DNA from: an uncultured Thermodesulfobacteriota bacterium
Lineage (GTDB): Bacteria; Desulfobacterota; RBG-13-43-22
Assembly: GCA_964627515.1 (NCBI GenBank)
Contig: CAZVHO010000008.1
Span: 4,244 to 68,243, forward strand
Direction: 5' to 3'
Length of the DNA stretch: 64,000 nucleotides
Each line of letters begins with the position of its first letter. Position 1 is the first letter of the stretch. Positions 35,996 through 45,456 of this stretch are shown piece by piece. Under the pieces are notes generated by a model that saw nothing but the letters and a program-made list of their open reading frames with translations, ran no database searches and had not been told where the DNA came from. The translations under genes were made by a program, and so were the position numbers.

Positions 35996-37471
35996 ATGAT
36001 CATTGAAGGAGAAGTTCAAACCCATTACACCCCCCGGATACTGGTGGTAGATGATAAGGCCCGGATCCGGGAGGCCTGCAAGTCGGTTTTGGAAGAATGC
36101 GGCTACGAAGTCAGTCTGGCCTCCAACGGCCTTGAGGCCCTGGCAAGCATCCCGGCCGAGCATTACGATATTATTTTACTGGACCTGATGATGCCGGAAA
36201 TGTCAGGCTTTGAGGTGCTGGCCAAAGTGAAATCCCTGGATCCGGACACCGTGGTCATCGTCATCACCGGGTACGCCACCCTGGAGCATTCGGTGGATGC
36301 TATGAAAAAGGGGGCCTTTGATTTCATCCCCAAACCGTTCACGCCGGATCATCTCCGGGTAACCGTAGCCAAGGCCATTGAGTATACCCGGGCCCTCTGG
36401 GATATTGCCGATACCCGCTCCAGATTACGGACCATGGTCAATCACATTTCAGACGGGGTGATGTGTACCAACCATCAAAATAAGGTGGCCCTGGCCAACC
36501 CGGCTTTTTTAAGGATGATCGGCTGTCAGGCCTCGTCGATGATCGGACGGGGCGTGGAGGAATTTATCAACATCCCCCGGATACGGGAAATGATCTCCCA
36601 GGCCTTGAATATGCCCGAATCGGAATTTTCGGAATTAACCGAAGAAATTACCCTGAACGGCCAAAACCGGCCGGAGGAACTGGTCTTGAGCATCCACTGT
36701 GCCCCTTTCCGGGCCCGTAACGGCCGAAACCTGGGGGTCATTACCGTTTTGCACGACATTACGGCCCTGAAGCGGATGGACCGGATGAAATCGCAATTTG
36801 TTTCCACCGTAAGCCATGAGATCCAAAGCCCGATGAATTCGGTTATGATGCAGATCCAGGTGATCCTGGACGGACTGGCCGGAGACCTGACGGAAAAACA
36901 GCGGAGTATACTGACCCGGGCTTCACAAAAAATCAATAATCTGGCCCGAATGGCCTCAGAACTGCTCGATCTGGCCCGGATCGAATCGGGTCTGATCTCT
37001 CTCGAACGGGAGCCGGTGGATATGTCGGCCATCATCAGGGATCAGGTGGCCTTTCACCTGCCTAAGGCCGAATCCGAATCGATCCGGCTGGAAATCGATG
37101 TGCCGGAAATGTTACCCCCCATATTGGCCAACCGCCGCAATATGGAAGAGGTTTTGTCAAACCTGATCACCAACGCCATTAAATACAGCCCGGACGGCGG
37201 TCAGGTCCTGGTTTCCGCCTTTACCGAGAACGATTCCCTGTGCATCCGGGTGAAAGATAGTGGTCTCGGAATCAGCCATGGGGACCTGAAGTTGATTTTT
37301 AAACAATTTTACCGGATCAAAAACGAAAAAACCCGATATATCAACGGCACGGGTCTGGGATTAGCCATTGTGAAAAGCATCCTGGAATCCCATCAGGGGC
37401 GCATCAAGGTCGAGAGCCAGCCCGGTGAAGGCAGTACCTTTATTGTTTTTCTGCCGGTGTTGCCTGCCTGA
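35996..37471 (+). CDS. Receiver-PAS-histidine kinase hybrid
   Basis: The N-terminal REC has ILVVDDK…ILLDLMMPEMSG…KP. It also has a PAS domain, an H-box (VSHEIQSPMNSV) and an ATPase (DSGLGIS…GTGLGLAIVK). Confidence 0.9.
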   Translation: MIIEGEVQTHYTPRILVVDDKARIREACKSVLEECGYEVSLASNGLEALASIPAEHYDIILLDLMMPEMSGFEVLAKVKSLDPDTVVIVITGYATLEHSVDAMKKGAFDFIPKPFTPDHLRVTVAKAIEYTRALWDIADTRSRLRTMVNHISDGVMCTNHQNKVALANPAFLRMIGCQASSMIGRGVEEFINIPRIREMISQALNMPESEFSELTEEITLNGQNRPEELVLSIHCAPFRARNGRNLGVITVLHDITALKRMDRMKSQFVSTVSHEIQSPMNSVMMQIQVILDGLAGDLTEKQRSILTRASQKINNLARMASELLDLARIESGLISLEREPVDMSAIIRDQVAFHLPKAESESIRLEIDVPEMLPPILANRRNMEEVLSNLITNAIKYSPDGGQVLVSAFTENDSLCIRVKDSGLGISHGDLKLIFKQFYRIKNEKTRYINGTGLGLAIVKSILESHQGRIKVESQPGEGSTFIVFLPVLPA

Positions 37472-37556
37472 CCCCTGATCATTTCCCCGCTTTCAGTCTC
37501 AACAGATTCCAACGAAGCACAAAATTTCGTATCACTTTAGCTTTTTGAAAAACAAT

Positions 37557-37724
37557 TTTCACCGCAGAGCCGCAAAGGGCGCAAAGAGGGAATAAATTTT
37601 CCTTTCTGTTGAGAGGACAGAAAGGAAAAAGCTTTCGTCCCGCCTTTGGCGGGATTCAATCCCGCCTCTCACGGGATTGAACAAAGATGTTTCTCTCTGC
37701 GTTCTTCGCGCCTTTGCGGTGAAA
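37557..37724. repeat. Palindromic element with TTTTCACCGCAGAG/GCAAAG-word inverted ends
   Basis: The left end is ttttcaccgcagagccgcaaagggcgcaaagag and the right end is ctctctgcgttcttcgcgcctttgcggtgaaaa. The interior has cccgcctttggcgggatt, also found in the family-2 copy at 17735. The neighbouring atcactttagctttttgaaaaac resembles the outer arm of MITE copy a. Confidence 0.65.
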
Positions 37725-37784
37725 AAATCTCTCTTTTAAAATATCTTTGGTTAGTATTTTTCTGGGCCTCCCGGTCAACGACTT

Positions 37785-38438
37785 TTAATGGGTGGTCGGA
37801 TGCCGATCGGGCCGGTCCGAACCGAGGGCCGGGTCCAGGGTCTGGGCCGGATTGAATTCCTGTTGTCTCCATTTCGGGGCCTCTTTTAATTCCAGGGCCA
37901 TGCGGGCCAGGACCGGAGGGGTATGCCATCGGGGGATGACCGTGGTCCTGAATTCTCCGCAGACCCGGCCCGAGAGGATGAAGTCCATGGATTTCCTGAT
38001 GGCCTGGATGGAAACCGGGACTCCGGCACATTGCTGATAGGAGTCCTGATCCAAGGGGCCTTTGATATCCATAGCCAGGTAATCGATCAGCTTTCGGGAA
38101 ATCAGAGACTGGAGGACCTCCGGCCTGGTTCCATTGGTATCTAATTTAACCGATAAGCCCATCCGGCGGATTTGATCCAACAACTCCGGCAGATCGGCCT
38201 GCAGGGTGGGTTCCCCGCCGGTGACGCAGACCCCGTCCAGCCAGCCTCTCAGTGCCGCCAATCTTTTTTGGATATATTCCCAGGGATAGGCCGACAACCT
38301 TTCCGGATGAAGGACCAACTCATGATTATGGCAGAAGGGGCAGCGCAGATTGCAGGAGGGCAGAAAAAGGACCGCACAGATCTTGCCGGACCAGTCTACG
38401 AAAGAGGTTTCAATGAAGCCTTTAATTTCCATACTCAT
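37785..38438 (-). CDS. nrdG: Anaerobic ribonucleoside-triphosphate reductase activating protein (radical SAM)
   Basis: It has the CNLRCPFCHN radical-SAM motif near the N-terminus and GVCVTGGEPT. It sits in an operon with nrdD. Confidence 0.9.
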   Translation of the reverse strand: MSMEIKGFIETSFVDWSGKICAVLFLPSCNLRCPFCHNHELVLHPERLSAYPWEYIQKRLAALRGWLDGVCVTGGEPTLQADLPELLDQIRRMGLSVKLDTNGTRPEVLQSLISRKLIDYLAMDIKGPLDQDSYQQCAGVPVSIQAIRKSMDFILSGRVCGEFRTTVIPRWHTPPVLARMALELKEAPKWRQQEFNPAQTLDPALGSDRPDRHPTTH

Positions 38439-38670
38439 GGCTCAAGAATTTTTTAATGGGGATGGCCCCGACCACGGCCGTGCTGTCATCCAGGATCAGG
38501 ATCGGTAATTCCTTTTGGGCTGTTTCGACCAATTCGTGCCAGGCCAGATGGGCCAGGGCTTCGGGGTTATCCTCCCCCAGGATCTCTTCCTGAATGCCCA
38601 GGGATGGAAGATTGAAATGGTTTTTGATGTAATGACATTTCTGGCAATCCGTTTTGGTAAATAGGGTCAT
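38422..38670 (-). CDS. Glutaredoxin/NrdH-like small thioredoxin-fold protein
   Basis: Start MTLFTKTDCQKC at 38670. It has a CxxC motif, is about 82 aa, and lies between nrdD and nrdG, overlapping the nrdG start. Confidence 0.65.
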   Translation of the reverse strand: MTLFTKTDCQKCHYIKNHFNLPSLGIQEEILGEDNPEALAHLAWHELVETAQKELPILILDDSTAVVGAIPIKKFLSHEYGN

Positions 38671-38790
38671 GAGTAAACTCCTTTTCGGGTTTCGAGTTAC
38701 GGGTTGCGGGTTATCAGAGGAAGCTAATTTTTTCTCAACCCGCAACAGAGAAATTTCAAATAGTTTTGGTTAGAATTTTCCACTCTTTTC

Positions 38791-40941
38791 TCAGGGGTTC
38801 AATTCTTCTACGACAGGGGCGGCGGCCTCTGCCGGACGGAAATAAGGTCTGTTCCGGTACCGATCCCTGAGTTCCCCGATCTTTCCCTTGTTCCAACTGG
38901 AAACCTTTGTGAAATAGCCGGTAATGCGGGTGATCCCGTCTACTTCAGTGGATTGACAATAAGGACAGCTTTCAACAAGGCCCCGGGCGGTCTGTCCGCA
39001 GGACCGGCAGGTGGTGAATTCCGGAGAAAAGGCGATCTGGTCGTTCTTGGTCATTTTGAAGGTCTTGATAATAAAATTGGCCAGAGATTTTTTGTCAGGC
39101 TTCGATTCCCCGATCCAGATATGGGTCAGTGCACCGGCTTCGATCAGGGGGTGGAACAGGCCTTCATAACGGACCCGGTCAATGGGGCTCATGCGCACCG
39201 ATACATTAAACAGGGTTGAATTGGTATAATAGACTTCTCCCCGGCCCTGGTCCCCTTTAACCACCTTTCCGGCCTGTTCCGGATATTTTTGGAGATCCAG
39301 TTTGGCAAAACGATAGGCCGTGCTTTCCGCCGGGGTCTGTTCCAGGACAAAGCGCATACCGAATTTCTGGCTGAACCGGTCGGCCAGAAGTTTCATGTAA
39401 GCGATGACCTTAAGGCCGAATTTAATGGACTTATCCGACTGATTAAGTTCTTCTCCGGTATGATACTGGACCAACTCATTCAAGCCCACCATGCCGATCA
39501 GATAGGTGGCCCGCTCCAGGCGCAGATAAGGCGATCCATCCCGGTCCATGGTTAGTAAGGAAAGGGGACCTTTTTCCCCGAGGGCCAGGAGTTTCAGGAT
39601 AAAGGCCCTTTTCTGCAAATGGGCCTCCACGGCCAACTCGACCGTTTCCGCCAGTTTGGCAAAGAGGGTGGTATCGTTCCCTTCGGCTAAATAAGCCAGG
39701 CGGGGGAAATTAACGGTTACATTCTGCAGGGCGCAATAACGCATTCGCCAGGGTTCATGGGCGTCCAATAGATCCTGGGCCTCCAGTTTAAAACTTAAGC
39801 GGCAGCATTCGGAGATCTTGGCGGTCTGCCCCCGGTCAAAGACAAAATAGGTGTTTCCTTTCAGTCCGGCTACCTCGCAGATATGATCCAGAAATTCCTG
39901 ATGGCCCGGGGTCTGAAAAAACTTCTCGGTAATATGCACCAGGGGCTTGGGGAAGAAAAAGGGACGTCCGGCCCCGTCTCCCTCCTTAAAAACATCAAAT
40001 AAGAGCCAGACGAATTTTTGGGCCAGGGGGAGATAATCCAGATAGGTTTTACCGGTATATTCCCCGCCGGGGCCGATGGCCGGGACCCCTTCAAAATGAC
40101 GGGGTACTTCCCAGTAGAGATTGATATCCGTAAAAATGGCCTGTCCGCCCCTGGCTACGGCCTGTTGGGAGAATTCAAAGATCATCATCTGGGCGAGTTG
40201 TTTGATCTCCTGGTCCGACAACCCTTCCAGATAAGGGGCGAAAAAAAGATTGACCGCGTCCCAGCCGATGGCCCCGGCAAAATGGCTCTGCAGGGCCGCA
40301 GCAAATTTTACCATATGGGCCAGCAGGACCTCGGGGTGCTTGGCCGGTCTGGCCATGGACAGGGCATTAGGCAGGTTTAAACCGAACTTTTTGATATACT
40401 CCAGGGATTGTCCCGAACAATAAGGCCGGTCGATAAAGCCCAGGTCATGGAGGTGGATATCCCCCCGCATGTGGGCATCACCGACATGGGAAGCGAAGAC
40501 ACTGAGTAAGGCGTATTCCTTTTTGATCCCTTCGGCCAGGGTCAGATTGGTGGCCTCCGGTCCGTGGGGTACATTGGCATTTTCCTTGTTGGGGTGGAGG
40601 ATCATCTGGTCCACATCATAAAGGGGGACCCCTAAGCGGGTATGCATGATCCTGGCCTTTTCCAGGCCCCGTTCAATCAGTTTGGAATCCACCAGTTCCC
40701 GGATCAGAGGAGCAGTAACCATGGAGATCCTGGTGGAGAAGATGAATTCCTCCACTTCCCGGCTGATGGCCTCGGCTGTATCCAGATCTACCAGGGTTTC
40801 CCGAACCAGGGCATCCACGATCCGCTGGCGGTTCCAGGTAACCAGATCCTCATTGGAAGTTCTGACAAAAAGGGCCAGATCTGTGGTTTCTTGGACTTCC
40901 GAATCTTTTGGCTCCTGATGCAATTCGACTATCGTCCCCAT
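38791..40941 (-). CDS. nrdD: Anaerobic ribonucleoside-triphosphate reductase (class III)
   Basis: It is 716 aa. The C-terminal zinc site (CRSCG…CPYCQS) is followed by the glycyl-radical motif ITRITGYF. Confidence 0.95.
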   Translation of the reverse strand: MGTIVELHQEPKDSEVQETTDLALFVRTSNEDLVTWNRQRIVDALVRETLVDLDTAEAISREVEEFIFSTRISMVTAPLIRELVDSKLIERGLEKARIMHTRLGVPLYDVDQMILHPNKENANVPHGPEATNLTLAEGIKKEYALLSVFASHVGDAHMRGDIHLHDLGFIDRPYCSGQSLEYIKKFGLNLPNALSMARPAKHPEVLLAHMVKFAAALQSHFAGAIGWDAVNLFFAPYLEGLSDQEIKQLAQMMIFEFSQQAVARGGQAIFTDINLYWEVPRHFEGVPAIGPGGEYTGKTYLDYLPLAQKFVWLLFDVFKEGDGAGRPFFFPKPLVHITEKFFQTPGHQEFLDHICEVAGLKGNTYFVFDRGQTAKISECCRLSFKLEAQDLLDAHEPWRMRYCALQNVTVNFPRLAYLAEGNDTTLFAKLAETVELAVEAHLQKRAFILKLLALGEKGPLSLLTMDRDGSPYLRLERATYLIGMVGLNELVQYHTGEELNQSDKSIKFGLKVIAYMKLLADRFSQKFGMRFVLEQTPAESTAYRFAKLDLQKYPEQAGKVVKGDQGRGEVYYTNSTLFNVSVRMSPIDRVRYEGLFHPLIEAGALTHIWIGESKPDKKSLANFIIKTFKMTKNDQIAFSPEFTTCRSCGQTARGLVESCPYCQSTEVDGITRITGYFTKVSSWNKGKIGELRDRYRNRPYFRPAEAAAPVVEELNP

Positions 40942-40973
40942 GGCCGAGTCCTTTCCTACTTCTTGGGATTATA

Positions 40974-41020
40974 ATCCTTTATCTTGTATACCGGGAAGGT
41001 TAAAGTACAATATATGGTGT
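40974..41020. promoter_or_regulatory. Two candidate NrdR boxes upstream of nrdD
   Basis: Box 1 (41005-41020, gtacaatatatggtgt) matches acaCwAtATaTwGtgt at 13 of 16 positions. Box 2 (40974-40989, atcctttatcttgtat) matches at 10 of 16. The centre-to-centre distance is 31 bp, the canonical tandem spacing. TATAAT within GGATTATAATCC (40965-40976) is a possible -10 element. Confidence 0.45.
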
Positions 41021-41095
41021 GTCAAGCAAAAAAATAAAGGGCCAGGGGAAGGTTCCCCTAAGCCCTTTTAATCAGAAGGATTTTAGTCGATAATT

Positions 41096-42022
41096 TTATA
41101 GGTAGGTCAACCAGGAATGGTAACGGTCTTCTTCCCCTTTGACGGTCTTAAAGAAAATGCTTTGTATTTTCTTGGTGATAGGGCCAGGGCGGCCCTCACC
41201 GACCTGGCGGTTGTCCACTTCCCGGATGGGGGTGATTTCAGCCGCCGTGCCGGAAAAGAACGCTTCATCAGCCAGATAGAGCTCATCCCGGGTAAAACGT
41301 TGTTCCACCACTTCCACCCCCAAATCATTGGCGATGGTCAGGACCGAATCCCTGGTAATACCGGGTAGGATCGATGTGAGGGGCGGGGTTTTGATCCGCC
41401 CTTTTTTGACCATGAAGATATTTTCTCCACTGGCTTCAGAGACATAGCCGGCCGTATCCAGCATGACCGCTTCGTCATATCCGTCCCGGGTGACCTCCCT
41501 TTTGGCCAGGATGGAATTGACATAATTCCCGCAGGTCTTGGTCTTGGTCATCATAACATTGACGTGGTGCCGGGTATAGGAGGAAACCTTGACCCGGATC
41601 CCTTTTTTGAGCCCCTCGTCCCCCAGATAGGCCCCCCATTTCCAGGCTATGATCGAAACCCGTATCGGGTTATCCTTGGGATGGACCCCCATGGCCCCAT
41701 CCCCGATAAAAACCAGGGGGCGGATATAGCCTTCCTTCATGCCGTTGACCTTCAGGGTCTGGCAGCAGGCCGTCCGGATCTCTTGTTGGGTAAAGGGGAT
41801 CTTCATTTCCATGGCATGGGCCGAGTCGAAAAGTCTCTGTACATGCTCCGGAAGTCTGAAAATAGCCGATCTGCCGTCCGAACAGAGGTAACCCCGGATC
41901 CCTTCAAAGACCCCCAGGCCGTAATGAAGGGTATGGGTCAGGACATGGACCTGGGCCTTCTCCCAGGGAACGAATTTTCCATCAAACCAGATCTTTTTTT
42001 CTTTTTCCATAAGATTTTTCAA
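41096..42022 (-). CDS. ilvE: Branched-chain amino acid aminotransferase
   Basis: It is 308 aa with a class IV aminotransferase pattern ([32 protein letters not shown]…GYIRP…EASGENIF). Confidence 0.9.
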   Translation of the reverse strand: MKNLMEKEKKIWFDGKFVPWEKAQVHVLTHTLHYGLGVFEGIRGYLCSDGRSAIFRLPEHVQRLFDSAHAMEMKIPFTQQEIRTACCQTLKVNGMKEGYIRPLVFIGDGAMGVHPKDNPIRVSIIAWKWGAYLGDEGLKKGIRVKVSSYTRHHVNVMMTKTKTCGNYVNSILAKREVTRDGYDEAVMLDTAGYVSEASGENIFMVKKGRIKTPPLTSILPGITRDSVLTIANDLGVEVVEQRFTRDELYLADEAFFSGTAAEITPIREVDNRQVGEGRPGPITKKIQSIFFKTVKGEEDRYHSWLTYL

Positions 42023-42263
42023 ACTCCCGATCTATTGTTCACTACTTTTTAGACAGGATTTACTGAGGAATCCTGTTCATCCTGTCAGACCAGATCCTTT
42101 CCCTTAGACCTTGATACCTTGAAAGTATAGGAATTTCCATTTTGGACGCCGATGAACTTAGATCGGCAGAAGGCCGATTGTATTGCCAGGATAAAAAAGA
42201 ATAATTATCTGCGAGTATCGGCGAAAATCTGCGTCCTAATTTAAAACTTAAACCCCATGGTTG

Positions 42264-43169
42264 TTACGCCTTTAACCGTCCCACGGCCACAAGCTCCTGT
42301 CTTAACTTTTCCCGATTGGCCGGGCGCATAGCCACCAGGGGGAGTCGGACCGGACCGGCAGGGAGGCCCATCATCTCCATGGCCTCTTTGACCGGAACGG
42401 GGTTGGTTTCGATAAACAAGGTCTTGACCAGGGGCAAGGTATCATAGTGAATCTTCCGGGCCTCGGCCCACTGCCCTTCTTTCATGAGCCTGCACATAGT
42501 GGTATATTCCCGGCCGATGACGTTGCCTACGGCACAGATCACCCCGTGTCCACCGAGGGCCATTAAGGGGTAGGTCAAGGAATCCTCCCCGGACAGGACA
42601 AAGAAGGGTTGCCCTTTCTTTTTGGTGCCGGCGATGATATCCATGGTCTGGGTGATATCTCCGCAGGCGTCTTTGAGACCGACGATGTTGTCTATTTCAG
42701 AAAGCTTGATCAGGGTTTGGGGATCGATATTGCGCCCTGTACGTCCCGGAATATTATAGATTAACATCGGCAATTTGGTGTTATTGGCAATGGCTTCAAA
42801 ATGGGCCAGCATCCCGTCCATGGTCGGTTTATTATAATAAGGCCCCACCTGCAGGGTGGCGTCGGCCCCGACCTCCTCGGCATGTTTGGTCATCATTATG
42901 GCTTCCTGGGTGCTGTTGGACCCGGTCCCGGCAATCACCGGGACCCGCCCCCGGGTCTCTTTGACGGTGATTTCAATAACCTTATTGTGCTCTTCGTGGT
43001 TCAGGGTCGGAGACTCGCCGGTGGTTCCACAGGGGACCAATCCATCCACCTTCTCCTCTTCGATCAGATAATTGATCAGGCGACGAAGGCCGTCTATATC
43101 CAAGGAGTAGTCGCTTTTAAATGGGGTAACCAGAGGGATGTGGCACCCGGAAAAATCAATTATGGCCAT
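42264..43169 (-). CDS. dapA: 4-hydroxy-tetrahydrodipicolinate synthase
   Basis: It has GLVPCGTTGESPTL…IAGTGSNST…YYNKP and is 301 aa. Confidence 0.9.
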   Translation of the reverse strand: MAIIDFSGCHIPLVTPFKSDYSLDIDGLRRLINYLIEEEKVDGLVPCGTTGESPTLNHEEHNKVIEITVKETRGRVPVIAGTGSNSTQEAIMMTKHAEEVGADATLQVGPYYNKPTMDGMLAHFEAIANNTKLPMLIYNIPGRTGRNIDPQTLIKLSEIDNIVGLKDACGDITQTMDIIAGTKKKGQPFFVLSGEDSLTYPLMALGGHGVICAVGNVIGREYTTMCRLMKEGQWAEARKIHYDTLPLVKTLFIETNPVPVKEAMEMMGLPAGPVRLPLVAMRPANREKLRQELVAVGRLKA

Positions 43170-43489
43170 AAAACACCTCCAAAACCGGAAAATTGGCTAT
43201 AGAGCCAGATTTGCATTGCAATGGGTATGGCAGAAAGAAACTCTTGAGGATAGTTTAAAAAGCCGTGCTCGGCTGGCTATGGCCTTTCGGTTTATTTTTA
43301 ATTTATCTATACCCGAAAGCCCATACCATGTCAATATTTTTAGTTATTTTAAATAATATTGCAAAAAGGTGATGAATAAATTAGACTTGATAACCGATCG
43401 AACTCGGTCGGTTTGATCTAATGGCCGGAGGATACTCCGGGTTGGCCCCCGGAGGTTTCCCAAAACATTTTTACATCAAGGAGACTTGA

Positions 43490-44146
43490 ATGCCTACTCG
43501 TTTCGGGATTATCTTGATCAGTATCCTATCCTTGCTTCTATGGGGATGCACGACCATCAGGACTATTGACCTGGGGTATTCTCCAGTCAAGACGCCTACG
43601 CCAACACCCGATACGGTTAAGATAGCGGTCATTCCTTTTGAAGATCTCTCCTGGAACGGCCAGGAAAATTCCAATTGGGTAGGGCAGGCCCTCCTCTATG
43701 GGATAAAATTATACGGTCCCAACAGTATTTCTTATCTGGTCACCCGGGGCGTCAAAAATGAGATGGAGAACTATGGCTATCAACTCAGCGCCGATGAAAT
43801 TTATACCATCCAGGTCAACCGGAATGATATCAAAACCTTGCTCAAGAGGATTCCCCATATCCAGGTCGACTTTTTGGTAGGGGGATCGATTTCCCATTTT
43901 TTTGTGCAACAAGTCGGTCGGTTTATTGCTGAAGTGGAAATAGAGGCTTATTTGATCCGTCCGTCTAACGGGGATATTGTCTGGAGCAAAAAAATAGGTC
44001 ACCGGGAGGTCCGGGTCCCCTATATACCGGAAGACTTTTCTTCTGAAAGCCAGGAGGTTTTAAATAAACTGTTGGGCAGGACCTTAAATGACCTGTTTCG
44101 GAATTCCGATTTTAGATTGCATACGTTAAAGGACAAGAAGAAATAG
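43490..44146 (+). CDS. Lipoprotein of unknown function (LpoB/CsgG/DUF799-like pattern)
   Basis: It has a lipobox (LLLWGCTT). KIAVIPFEDLS is typical of that fold group. The family assignment is weak. Confidence 0.5.
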   Translation: MPTRFGIILISILSLLLWGCTTIRTIDLGYSPVKTPTPTPDTVKIAVIPFEDLSWNGQENSNWVGQALLYGIKLYGPNSISYLVTRGVKNEMENYGYQLSADEIYTIQVNRNDIKTLLKRIPHIQVDFLVGGSISHFFVQQVGRFIAEVEIEAYLIRPSNGDIVWSKKIGHREVRVPYIPEDFSSESQEVLNKLLGRTLNDLFRNSDFRLHTLKDKKK

Positions 44147-44193
44147 ATGTTCCAACAGGATAACCTCGCAAAAAAAGTCTTTTAAATAGAATA

Positions 44194-45363
44194 ATGGCCA
44201 CCCGGGTAAGACAGATTATTCATCTGGATATGGATGCTTTTTATGCCTCGGTAGAAGTATTGGATAATCCGGAATTAAAGGGCAAGCCGGTTATCGTCGG
44301 CGGCCCCAAACAAAGGGGGGTCGTTTCGGCGGCCTCTTATGAGGCCCGAAAATTCGGGGTTCATTCGGCCCTACCTACGGCCCAGGCCATGGCATTATGC
44401 CCCCAAGGGTTTTTTTTGCCGGTGCGGATGGCACGATATAAAGAGGTTTCGGATCAGATTTTCGAGATCTTCCATCGTTTTACCCCTCTGGTGGAGCCCC
44501 TTTCCATTGATGAGGCATTTCTGGATGTAACCGCCTCCCAACAACTCTTCGGCCCGGCGGAAGCCATCGCCCGGCGGATTAAAAATGTGGTTCGAGAAGA
44601 TATAGGTCTGACGGTCTCGGCCGGGGTCGCTCCTTCGAAATTAGTGGCCAAAATAGCCTCGGATCTGAACAAGCCCGATGGCCTGACCGTTGTCCCAGAG
44701 GGCAAGGTGCGCCAATTTCTATCCCCCCTGCCTATTGAAAGACTCTGGGGGGTTGGAAGGGTGACCCAAAAAGACCTTTCTTTGTTGAATGTAAAAACCA
44801 TGGGGGACTTGAGCCGCCTGCCCAAAGATCTTTTGCAAAGGCGGTTCGGACAACAAGGGCTGCAATTATATTTTCTTTCCAAAGGGATCGATGACCGGGA
44901 GGTACAACCGGAAAGAAAAGCAAAATCCATTGGGCGGGAAGAGACCTTTCCGGAAGATATCCGGGAAAAGGAAAGGGCCGGAAAAGAACTCCTGGCTTTA
45001 AGTCATCGGGTGGCCAAGCGGTTAAGGAGACACAAGGCAGCCGGACAGACCATTACCTTGAAGGTGACTTATCATGATTTCACCCGGATAACCCGGTCTC
45101 TGACCGTACCGGCGGCCACGGATGATGGCCGAAAGATCTACCGGGTTTGCCTGGACCTTCTTGAAAAGACCGAGATCGGCAAAAAGTCCATCAGACTCCT
45201 GGGGATTTACCTTTCCCATTTAACCAAACCAGGTGAAGGCCAGTTGTTCTTATTTGATCAAAATAATGGATTTAAAAAAGGAACGAAGCTTAATAATGCT
45301 TTGGATGCCATACAGGAAAAATATGGGGATCAAGCCATCCGTCCGGGGAGTCTTTTGGATTGA
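44194..45363 (+). CDS. dinB: DNA polymerase IV (Y-family)
   Basis: It has IIHLDMDAFYASVE…SIDEAFLDVT…SAGVAPSKLVAKIASD and is 389 aa. Confidence 0.95.
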   Translation: MATRVRQIIHLDMDAFYASVEVLDNPELKGKPVIVGGPKQRGVVSAASYEARKFGVHSALPTAQAMALCPQGFFLPVRMARYKEVSDQIFEIFHRFTPLVEPLSIDEAFLDVTASQQLFGPAEAIARRIKNVVREDIGLTVSAGVAPSKLVAKIASDLNKPDGLTVVPEGKVRQFLSPLPIERLWGVGRVTQKDLSLLNVKTMGDLSRLPKDLLQRRFGQQGLQLYFLSKGIDDREVQPERKAKSIGREETFPEDIREKERAGKELLALSHRVAKRLRRHKAAGQTITLKVTYHDFTRITRSLTVPAATDDGRKIYRVCLDLLEKTEIGKKSIRLLGIYLSHLTKPGEGQLFLFDQNNGFKKGTKLNNALDAIQEKYGDQAIRPGSLLD

Positions 45364-45382
45364 GGGAGTTATCTCTAACTTT

Positions 45383-45422
45383 ATTTAAATACTTTTTTAG
45401 ACAGGATTTACAGGATTACCTG
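45383..45422 (+). repeat. Left copy of a perfect 40-bp inverted-repeat pair (TTTTTAGACAGGATTTACAGGAT family)
   Basis: atttaaatacttttttagacaggatttacaggattacctg is the exact reverse complement of 48287-48326. Diverged family members lie at about 42040-42090 and 48140-48175. Confidence 0.9.
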
Positions 45423-45456
45423 TCAGATATTTTTAGTTAGGTTTCGGCTTTCGAAT

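Noticed and set aside
37646-38037. ORFs 37646-37855 (+), 37669-38031 (-) and 37792-38037 (+)
   Set aside because: They overlap the palindromic repeat element and the 3' part of nrdG in other frames. They are P/G/R-rich shadow ORFs.
43170-43340. Lysine riboswitch upstream of dapA
   Set aside because: The conserved L-box core elements are not recognisable in either strand by eye. Only generic hairpins were seen, and these are reported separately at low interest.
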